From the NCBI GenBank assembly GCA_037379345.1, contig CM074511.1:59464862-59528861 (forward strand): DNA of 64,000 nt, written 5' to 3'. Positions 53,388 through 64,000 of the stretch are shown piece by piece; position 1 is the stretch's first letter, and every line of letters begins with the position of its first letter. A model generated the notes under the pieces. The model had not been told where the DNA came from. It did not search any database and saw only the letters and a program-made list of their open reading frames with translations. The position numbers and the translations under genes were made by a program. This DNA is from Perna viridis (taxonomy: Eukaryota).

Positions 53388-55769
53388 GTCCCTACAAAAA
53401 GTATTTATTTTATTAAACATATTTTGTTTGGACAGTGTGTGTTTTTGTAACATTTTGTATTATTAACAAAGTTTCTTTTCTCCGGTAATATGATTAGCGT
53501 TTCCTCAGGAATATATTAAAAATTGTTTGAGGTAAAAGTCTATCTTGATTTTGACCCAGAAATATACGTGCATTTTGAGATGAATTTAATGCTCGGTGGA
53601 CATTATCAGGATCCAGTCAATTTTGCTGAGGTACACATGTTGAACAGTTAGTTATTACAGGTATAAAATCATAATTCAAGAAGAAAAGTGTGATAAACGA
53701 TTATAATAACTCAATATTAGACTATAATAATAATTACAAAAAAAATTATTATCCTTGAACTTTATACATACTGATTTGAAGCAAATTCTATTAAATTTCT
53801 GAAAATGCTATAACTGTATGGTGTCTGAACCAAATGGAAGTGTTCGTAAGCTCATTGCAAAAAGAGATATTTACAAATGTACTTCTTAAGTTGCCAGGAA
53901 CCGGTTTAATAAAACATCTCGAATTGAGACTTTTTTCAAAACCTTCCTCGACTAAAATTCAGACCAATCAAAACACTTGAAATTAACGATGCAAGTATTT
54001 CCCAATATTACACTTAAATAGGGGCATAAAATAATAAATGACCTTACCAAGTTCCGTGAACACATTTATTTTTATCTTTTTTCAGCATCATCTCAAATTA
54101 TTGTCCTAGAAAATTGATAAATCACAATACAAACTGTATTGTGCTAATAAAATAACTTACATTGAGTTTATGGATATAATCATAACGGTCAAATAAAATT
54201 TGTAGAATCGTTTCCGATTTTATATTATAATTGTTTGACCTTTCTCTTTCGTTTTTAAAAGTCTCCCCAAAAGAAGAAGATCCTTTAAAATCACCAATTC
54301 CTTCGTGACGGTTCATTTACAATGAGGAATATCGTTCATAGTGTTCAGTGATGTGTATTCTCCTATAATGAATGGTCGAAATATATGTTGACGCCAGCAA
54401 GATTTCTGGAAATCGGAAACTGAACGGAAACGTACATCGTAGTGTGTATTGAAGAAACAAACAGACCCAATAACTAATAATTGAAGCAATTAAGTATTAC
54501 ATGTGTGAAACGACTAGAGGCAGTTTTATAAACATGAATATTTATATTTTTTTCGCCAGGGCGAGTTTTTCAAGTAAAATTCTTGACTGAAGAAATAAAA
54601 TTGTCAACTTCTTGCTCAGTCGATATTTATGTGTATTTCGATATGATTTCAAATACACGAATGTGCATGTAAATGGATGGATTCATATATGGACTTCAGG
54701 GGCGGATTTCAGGTTAAAGGAGTAAATAGAATTAAAGGCCGATCGAAGAGAACAGAGAGTTTAGTTTAAGAAATAAAAATTGTGAAAAATCAAGATATTT
54801 TATTGAAAAAAAATGTTTTCCCATTTTTAAAGAGGTGTACACCAGATCCAATCCTTATGATACCGCGTATTACAAATTTTTGTCATTAAAAGCGAGCGTT
54901 ACGTCGTACATATGTACATAATTTTGTAGCACTTCCACGATATATTGGTAAAAAGATTACTTTAACCATGTCTATTAAAATGCTTATTTGGAGAAAATAT
55001 ATATAAGAACATACTTTCCCCAGGAAAAGTAAAGGTTTGAAAGTTAAACATTACTTAAAACCGACTTGAATAAAGTTAAAAAAAGATAAATGTACGGATG
55101 CTATCGTTTTAAAACTTGCAGTATGAACTCAAACAGAAGCTTGAAATAGTTTTTATTCATACAATGTTAAAAGTTCCTCATATTAACCTGTTTTTATAGC
55201 GCTTTAAAGGGATAATTAAGGTTGAAACCCTTTCCATTGTCAATGACAATAGATTCGATTTTGTCGTGGCCCTGTTAAATAATAAAGATTCAATAAACAG
55301 ATCGTTATTCTTCAGAAGCTATCGTTTGTACAATTTAAAGCTAAAATGTTTACTTATTTACCTACCAATACACACATCAAAATTGGTGAGAAGAGAAGTT
55401 TAAAACCTAGTCAATGGACTAGAAAGTAGTTAGTCCATTTAGATTTTAAATCAACATTAGGAAGAGTATGGCAAAGGTTGTGGGACTGTTACCATAATAA
55501 ATAAAGATTTATGTCTTTTTGAACCATCCTACTAACCTGTTAGTCATACATCGCTTAAAGAAAGATCGGAAAATTTTTTCCTAGGAACTAATATTCAAAT
55601 TTCGCGTCCAATTATTAAAAATGTAACATATATAACAAAAACAGTATGCATGTTCAAAAGTAATGTCTGTCAGACGTTTACAGGTCTGTACAGAAAAAAA
55701 GGTGTACATGAGAAGACAAATCAGGCAAAATTGAAGCATACCAATATGCATGAACATAAGGCGCTATTT

Positions 55770-55926
55770 ACAATAAATGTAGTTGAGCATCGAAATGGCC
55801 GGACGCTGGAAAATGTTTGTCCAGGAAATACTAGTTTTACCAATGGTCACAATAAATGTAGTTGAGCATCGACATAGCCGGATGCTGGAAAATGTTTGTC
55901 CAGGAAATACTAGTTTTACCAAGGGT
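55770..55926. repeat. 79-bp direct tandem duplication upstream of the CABIT gene
   Basis: acaataaatgtagttgagcatcga...ctagttttaccaa at 55770 and 55849, with few mismatches. Confidence 0.9.
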
Positions 55927-56428
55927 ACATTAGGTTCAGATGAGCTCATGACGTATAGTTGCGTAAAATATTCGTTTTGTGGGATATCGTGTTTAGTCGT
56001 AACATGCTGATTTAGTGGAAAGTTTAATAAGAAAAAAAACGAAACCCAACTTTCCGTAGAATTATATAGAATTAAGCTGTGAAAGTGATTTATTCTACAC
56101 AATAAAGATTAATAACGGCTGGAAATTCATTTATCAATATTGTAGACTGTTACATTGGATTTAAATACTCCGGATCAATAATATGGGTATTTTGTACCGG
56201 GATTATTTATATCCTGCTCACACAGGTAGAAAACCAGGTGAGCAATGTACAATTTTGCTAAACATGTCGTAAAATGTTTACTTGTCATGTTTGAGTCCTC
56301 CATATCGAACAAGAACAACGGGGGGAATATGAGGACCAGAACTGATTACTTGTAATGGATTTATCTGTTCAATCAATGGAGGAAAGATAAACTTTTCAGT
56401 AAGGCGTCCCTGTAACTAAGGTTAGAAA

Positions 56429-59400
56429 ATGGCGGACCGGTTGAGGAACGTAGAGGAGATGTATGCAACTGTGCGTAAGTCTCCTCCTCAAATTTCGGAC
56501 ATCACTTGGGACGACAAACCCCGGACCCTGAAAGATTTGATAGTTCTTTGTCGGGACCGCATGCCTTTTGTGGCCAAAATACAGAAAGGTGCCATAACTA
56601 ATTACGTTCCGGGATGGAGAAGTGACAGTTCCGATTCTCGTTCAGACTCAGACGATGAACTGGAAAACATTTTACACGTTTTGGAGGTTAAGTGTAGAAA
56701 GATTATATCTATTCGGCGGATGCAATGGAACCGTCAGCAGGCGGAATATCTTCCATCCGACAAGGAAATTCAGCTTCCTTTAACATATAAAGGTAAAAAT
56801 AATAGGGCAAGGGTGGCATCCCTCGTCATTTCAATTTAGTTCTTGTCGTAGCATACATATAGGTTTTTAATGGGTTCAAAATTTACACATTTCAGTCTGT
56901 GTGCATAGTATCTAGTATCACCAATTAAAAAAACAGGTTTTGATATGATGAAAATGTAAGCTTATGCATGATAGAAATATGACACTACTAAAACAAGGAG
57001 AGATACAATACCTGTTTCTACAGTCCATATTTATATATGAGAATACATCTGATAGTAAGAGAAAATATCTGTGAATAGGCCGTTTCGATTCCTGAACAAG
57101 AAAAATAAAAACTTTGATGAAATTTTCATATGACATATTTGACGCAGATGTGTATTCGAGTTACACAGAGAATCCATTTGACTACATAAAATGATGCAAG
57201 ATTTATTTATTTTAATCATTTTTTTTCTTACTTAAAAATTTAAATTCCAATTAAATTTAATTCACTGTTTTTCTTATTCTTATTAACCCACAATGCTTCC
57301 CATAGAATAAAATAAAATGCGGCCTTATCTATTGACGTCTTTATATACTCCTAATTCAGTATCTTGATAAGCCTTGTTACCTATAATAGAACTATTCACG
57401 ATTCTCTCTTCACCAAGAACAATACAAAGCATCTATAATTCTACTACATCCATTTCATGGGCTACAACTTTAAATAATGCATCAACAAGTCAACGTATTT
57501 TCACTGAGAACGAAAGTTTGTATATATATGTGTGTGTGTGTGTGTGTAATACCCATCCGAAAGTTGAGGATTTAGTTGATGAAATACTATAAACAAAGGA
57601 AACAATTAATATTAATAATATAAAACTTGTTCCTTATATAATGTATAATATTACGTAGAAAATTATCTTGTTTATTGTTTGTGTCATTATATTTTTTGTT
57701 TTGTAATTATCGTTTTGGCAAATGTTCATTTGTGATTTATAAATTAACTTTTTCGTCTGAATATAGCTGAAATATTGCTGCTCGGACGTTAAACCCCAAC
57801 AAACAGACAAACAGACAAACATAAATTAACTTTTTATAATACGGCGGATTTTTTATTTTTTAGTACATGAATATACTTGTAGCATAATTATGACAATTAG
57901 CAATTAGCCACAGCTAACCTTTAAATAGAAAAAAAGGTTCAATACCCATTCTAATTCAGCTTTGAAATATTTCTATAGCATAGGTATCATTTAGATTCCA
58001 GCGTAATGGTTTTCCTAATGTTATTCATAAGATGATTCTTAAATATTTGAACCGTATGATATGCTAATGAGTCTTAGTCAATGTCTTTAATATTTTGTTG
58101 GCTAAGGTTCACATTTTGTGTTTGATCATACTAACAATGTTTAAGTATTAGGAACAGTGATACACTTAATTCATAAATTGATCCTTGCTGTTCTAATTAG
58201 GTATACCTTTAAAACTAAATCAAATATGACCTATATCTTGTACTAAAAATTTTAGAACAGTTATTGTTAGTGCGTGTACATGTAAATGGAATAAATAGGT
58301 AAATAAAAGTTGTTTGCCATATGAAGAACCTCCCTGACTTCATTTAATAAATTTTAGAAAAAATTTGATCTTGTCACTCAGCTTTCAAAGTATCACACTA
58401 AATTGTTAACAATCTATTCCCTCATGATTATGGTAATTTATGGATAGTTGTTAATTACATTAGAGTGTTCATTCTATGCTTGTACATGCATGACATATAT
58501 TGATAAAAAGCATCACGCTTGTACACATTAGTGGAGTGTGAAGTACAACTAGAGTTGTCAAACATGTTTTTGTCAAGTGCATATTTGTCTTCCCTCGGTT
58601 AACCATACCAACATTACTTGTACATGTACCTGGAAGAAAGAAAACATTATAGTAAATACGATTGATTACCTGTAGCTAAAGCGAATCGAATGATTTTTTG
58701 TTTTTGTTTTTTTTTAAGAACATTGCAAACTATGTCCTGTCTTTCAATATCTAAGTGACATAACAAACGTGCATATTAATTAGATATTTCTAACTGTAGA
58801 TCTCATGTTAATTCTAGGATCAAACCGATTTAGACTTAATTTTCAGTAACACTCGATAGAAAAATGTGCCCTCAAAGCGATTTGTATAGTTTCATGGTTT
58901 AGGAGTTTACAACAAACTGTTTTCTATATAGAATGAACCTTTATCAGACATAGCCTAAATTACAATTTTAAAGTATAAATGTACTGTTCATGCATTAAAT
59001 CAATACTACAATATACTCTTTTATAATTCCCAAAGTAATCCTTTGTAATTTTTTTTAAATTAAACCCCAAGGTCGTATACAGAATGCCTTACATTTCATT
59101 TTAAATCCTTAAAACAGTCAAACTAAATATAGATTTAAAAATAACGATAACTTCTAATTTAATCCTATTTACATTTCTATTACAATATTTTTTCAGGTGT
59201 GTAAAAAACGGCATGTATACAGATTTTGTAATTGTAATCCCTGCATAACTATACATGTAATTACAAAGACTCTTGGGTTATACACAGTTGCCATTCAAAG
59301 ACTCTACACTACCACAACACACTTCGCTCCCGTCGACTTGGTCTTGTAATAAGTGTCATCATCAACATGTAAAATTGTTTCCACTAGGATAGAATCTATT

Positions 59401-62400
59401 GACCTTTAAAAATGACTTTCAAAAAATCTCGTGAAAAATGTTTATTTCATAATTATCAATATCGTCAGCGACAATAGTTAAAAATACTGATATAATATTA
59501 AGACTATTTTTCCCGTATCAAACAAATGTAATGTTTAGGTATGTCTATTTTGTATCCTTTTTAATATCAAGTTAATCTTGATGTGGATTGTTCTTTCCGG
59601 TGATAACGAAGCTAAATATGTGAAAAAATTCTCTAGCATTGAAATATTCTCTCTTGTACAATTTATCGCTATCTTTAAGTTTTCATTTATCTTGAATTTG
59701 ACAATCTAATATTATTCATAAACTCAAAAAGTAAACTCTTTTACAAGATAAACATATACGTTTGTTTAATACTATAGTTTTGTATAAAAGCTATAACTAG
59801 TTAACTTAGAGTACAATGAAGTGAACAAAACGTAATACTATTGTCTTCTTTCTTTGCTGTGAAATTTATTTGAAATGAAAACTCGTGTATTGTGTCTGAC
59901 AAAAGAATACAATGTAGTAGTTTTAAAGGCTTTACATAAAAATGTAAAAGACAAATCGAGATTGTTATAAACAAGTCTAGTTTTAAGTCTGTTACGTGCT
60001 ATATGTACATTGTAAGCACACGAAGCTAAATATTTTAGTATACAAAAGATGGGGTTTGATGGAGGCGGTTAAGACATAGCAAAATGAATTATTGATTCAA
60101 GATTTTAGTATTAAGGGTAGAAGCATTGCAAAAGAAGAGAAAAATCTTAAAGAAAAATAACTACATGCAAGGTACATATGACATAGGCAGGCCATGATAA
60201 AAACATTATAAATGCAACTAACGGACATCTTACTACATACTTGAATCCATTACTTCTCTGACTAGCCCTGCTCTTCTTTTAAATCTCAATATTATTAGTT
60301 GCTTTTTTCTTGGGTGAGGGGGTTAAATATTTGAACTTAAGTAAGCATTATGAAAACCGTAAATTGAAGTCAGCAGCTCGCCCCAAGCAACACCTAAAAT
60401 GGAATACATTTTGTTCTTGTATATACGGGTACTGTTACTTTCCGGTTTTGGTGTTCTCTAGTCTTATCTTTTTTTCTACATTTTATGCATGCATATTTAA
60501 AAAGGTTTTGTTAATTTACAGGTTGGTTTGAAGTTCTTCCAGATGACGGTCGCGCTGTTGAGTATTTCGATTCGATACAAGCCATTGCAAATGTTAAACC
60601 GAAAAAGTTTCTCGTCCGTACCTCAATAGTGGGATATCATTTATGCACGGAAAATGGATCAAGTAGCTGGCAGCCATTAGAGATAAAATCGGGAGATGTG
60701 CTGACGACGGGTATTGTTTATATGGACCAAAAGAAGGGCAAATCAACCATGAAAACCTTCTTTAAACGCATGTTAAAATCAAATAAAAGTGTCAAAAAGG
60801 ACCAAGATTTGAAATATTTACAATGTTTTGACGATGAAGAAAGAGAAATTATGGTACCTCTTATAATGACTGGTTTATTTAGTCCCGTTGGCGATGCATT
60901 GTGTTGTAATTATGATGCTGTTTATGAGCTTTACGATCTAGTCATGGCATTCAAGTTACCAGTGAAAGCACAATTAATCCAAGACATTGAACAGGAAAAT
61001 CAAAGTATCCTACCACATGGAATGATTATTCTCGAAAAAGTTTCCGACGAGGAGATTGCCACTGTAGCAAAATTTGCAAGTAATGGAGAAAGGGTACAGA
61101 CGTATGAAATTCCGATCAACGCTGATATCCGATTGGTTAAAGGTATGACGAAGAACAAAAAGAGTCACAGGCAAAGACAGGATCTAGCAGATCTTGATAT
61201 TTCATCGCCTAACGGAGAACTCTACCAGGATCCAATGTATATGAATTTCACACGTGATCCGATGTTGCCAACCCGAGTGAAGGAAAATAAAAAGTCAAAA
61301 GGAGGTGGTATTTTAGATAAGTTGAGTGTAAAATCCAGGAGTAAAAAAGAGCGAGCAAGTTTAAAAGCTCTTCAAGCTGAAGGGGTATTTTCGTCAAGGC
61401 TAAGTAAAAGTGATATGAACTTGGAAGATTTTTTTCAAATGAAAAATGACGAGAATGAAGATGAGGATAAAGTGCAATCAAATCAAAAATCAAGTGCAAT
61501 CAAAGACAATTTTGTGTCTCACTTTGATTCAATAGACAAACCAGGGCCGAATCAAAGCGAGTACGGTGTAATGAGACAATACCCTGTTCAGAACAGAGAT
61601 CTTCCTCCTGTCCCTAACTGTACGTCGTCCCCTAAAGTATCTCGGCATCATGATGCCGTTTATGAAGAATTACCTCCGGCCCCTCGCCCGCCATCTCCTA
61701 CATATAGACATGGCCAGTGTGGATCAACTGCTGATGAAGAGGATGGTTATATGTGTCCCGCGCAAGTAAAACGAAATCGAATACGTGATGAAAATCCATA
61801 TGGAACTACAAATATGATAAGAACTAAACCCCCTGTAGCACCAAAGGAAAATGCAAAAATGATTCGTGCGCGGAAAACCCGAAGCGAAATGCCTGGAAAT
61901 GTGTTAGAATATGACCCTTATACCAATAGTAGCGGGTTGAGTAATATTAATGATCAAAATGGAAACCAAGCATATTCCTCTCCTTATCGTGCTATAGCTC
62001 TTGCTCAAAACAAACGGAAAGGATCATTAGATGACAGAATTTTTAATGACGATCAAGGATTAGAAACACGATCTGCCTCTGATTGGAACCGAGTGAAATC
62101 ACGATCTCATAAAAATTTGAATTTTCCCGCCAATGCAACCGTGCGAAGTCACAACTCGCGTCGAATAAGAAACGTAATGGACGTGTTCAGTATGAATGAC
62201 TCTATAAATGATCTCAGACAAAGTAAGGAGACGCTTACACAATTGCCTGTAAATGTAGTAGATGACTACAATGAAAACGTGGGTCTGAAAGAGTCTAGGT
62301 CATTTCCGGTTGAGTACGCACGATCATCGTCATACTCTGTACCTGACCAAGAGTTAAGACGATATCCTCGTGCTATGTCTAATTCTGGATTCAGTGACAT

Positions 62401-62731
62401 TTATAGAGGAAACGATTCAGCGATTTCCGGTGATTACGGATTTCATGGGGACAGTGAGTTCAGTTACAGTGAGTACTCTGAATATATTGACGATGGATGG
62501 TTACCGCCGAATAATCTTGGAGGTTTAAGCGTGGCAGAAGTATCTAAATGTATGAGGTATATTGGAATGAAGGACCGAGTTGTAATAAGATTAGCTAATG
62601 AACAAATAGATGGCGAACTTTTATGTTCCCTCGATAAGAAGCTTTTGAAAGAGGGTTTTCCTGAGTTAAATTCTTTAGAAATCAAGAAAATTGTAGATTT
62701 TATTCATGGTTGGCGACCAAAGAAAAAGTAA
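56429..62731 (+). CDS. CABIT-domain + C-terminal SAM adaptor protein (GAREM/Themis-family-like), ~857 aa, 2 exons
   Basis: Exons 56429-56792 and 60522-62731 (AAAG|gtaaaa ... tttacag|GTTGG) splice to give the CABIT-type motif LPLTYKGWFEVL. Also present: SGDVL, LQCFD, VPLIMTGLFS and KLPVKAQL. C-terminal SAM: LSVAEVSKCMRYIGM...EQIDGELLCSLD...LEIKKIVDFIHGWRP. Confidence 0.88.
57761..57821 (+). mobile_element. SINE/LINE 3' tail remnant
   Basis: atagctgaaatattgctgctcggacgttaaacccc followed by a (CAAA/CAGA)n tail, resembling 3' ends of mollusc SINEs (recognised from memory). Confidence 0.5.
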
Positions 62732-62838
62732 GAAGGTTGCATCTTTTAATATAGTGCTTATATTTTTCACCAATTCAAGTAGATATATAGGGATACATGT
62801 GTTTTAAAGAAATCTATTTGATAATTGTATTCCGATAC

Positions 62839-63027
62839 AGAGGCGTAGCATCCAAATCAGGATAGGAACGACAAGAATGACATCTTGCCAGCGAATTCTA
62901 GGGGCAGCTGTAAAATATATATCTATATATTTTTAATTTGATAAGAATTTTAGGTACGGCTTGCCATTCCAACGAAAATCATAGATACCGCTATAGTCGT
63001 ACCTGCCGTACCAGGCGATACGTCCCT
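62839..63027. mobile_element. Degenerate MITE downstream of the CABIT stop (possible 3' UTR)
   Basis: Imperfect TIR agaggcgtagc ... gatacgtccct flanked by the direct repeat cgatac. Confidence 0.4.
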
Positions 63028-64000
63028 TCGATACATGTTGTTATGTCAGTCAAGGATAGAGTACATGATAAACGCAATTCCTAATGCTATTTTACATACA
63101 AGTACATACTTTGGACATGTTCACCAAGATTTACATCGTGAAGACATCATGTGTAGGCACATGTTAATGATTATCGTCTTTAGTAGAGGGTGAAAATGAA
63201 ATTTTACGTAAAAGCAAGTTGATCACTTATTATATCTGTTTTCTAGTTATTCGTTTTATAAGATTAAAACATTTTCTTATCAATTGCATTAATACATGTA
63301 CGGGACTGAACTAGATACATGTACATGTAGATGCACGTGAGAATTTGTTTTATTTCCTGTTTCTAGTCGTTATTTTGTTCTTGTTTATTAACCATTTTCT
63401 TATAAATGATTTATAGATATTATGTTTTTTTATAAAGGAGTATCTCTTTCTTTAGAATGATCGACAATATTTATTTCCATTCAGTTTTTATGTTGTGGGG
63501 CATTAGTTGACTTCTCCACTATACTGTGAAACGACCCATGTATATTTGCATCTCAGTTCAAATAGTTCATGCGCTTTATACCAGCAATAGATTAATCTCA
63601 GGGTAGTGCGTCTTATGTGTTTTATAAGAATTCCGAATCATATGTTCATTACATGATGATATGATAATTGTATATACATGTTAGCATGTTCATCGTTTAA
63701 AACGGAAGTAGTTTAATTTATTCAAGTCACATTTTAAGCATGCACATAAAAACTATGCAAGTAAGTTTCTACACTTGTACAGTTGAATAAACTCTTTTGT
63801 ACGAACATATATATTTTGAATAGCTTTTTATAGAATCACGAAAAATATATCCTATTGAAATTCACTCCATAGATTGTGGATCATTTACTTTAATAGAAAA
63901 ATTGGTTGTGTAAAATAGATTTTAAAGGATTTATCATTAAAAAAATCACTTGTCGAATTGAGCGTGCAGGTACATGTACCACGATATAGTTCTGTTGCTA

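Noticed and set aside
54696-54870. caggggcggattt hAT-MITE-like start
   Set aside because: No matching right TIR or TSD could be identified.
61248-62685. Short minus-strand ORFs within the CABIT-SAM exon
   Set aside because: Antisense shadows of a long coding exon.

Overview
AT-rich eukaryotic genomic DNA with spliceosomal introns, probably from a bivalve mollusc (inferred from the gene and repeat types). (1) Bases 1-23.9 kb are a tandem array with an exact 1169-bp period. Each unit is one 345-bp phase 1-1 exon on the minus strand, encoding a 6-Cys SRCR domain plus an N-glycosylation-rich linker, and one 824-bp intron. There are 21 near-identical copies, preceded by one divergent SRCR exon at 24.7-25.05 kb. 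This is the 5' part of a very large DMBT1-like scavenger-receptor gene that runs off the left edge. (2) Bases 25-43.7 kb are mostly intronic or intergenic, with Penelope-like retroelement fragments, an IS3EU-like MITE, HINE-like remnants and micro/minisatellites. (3) Bases 43.8-53.4 kb (+) hold a 12-exon, ~736-aa, probably secreted CAP/SCP (CRISP-like) protein with a long Pro/Gln-rich region and two ShK domains. (4) Bases 56.4-62.7 kb (+) hold a 2-exon, ~857-aa CABIT + SAM adaptor with a GAREM-like architecture. Exon boundaries were read by eye from GT-AG signals and frame continuity; no database search was possible.
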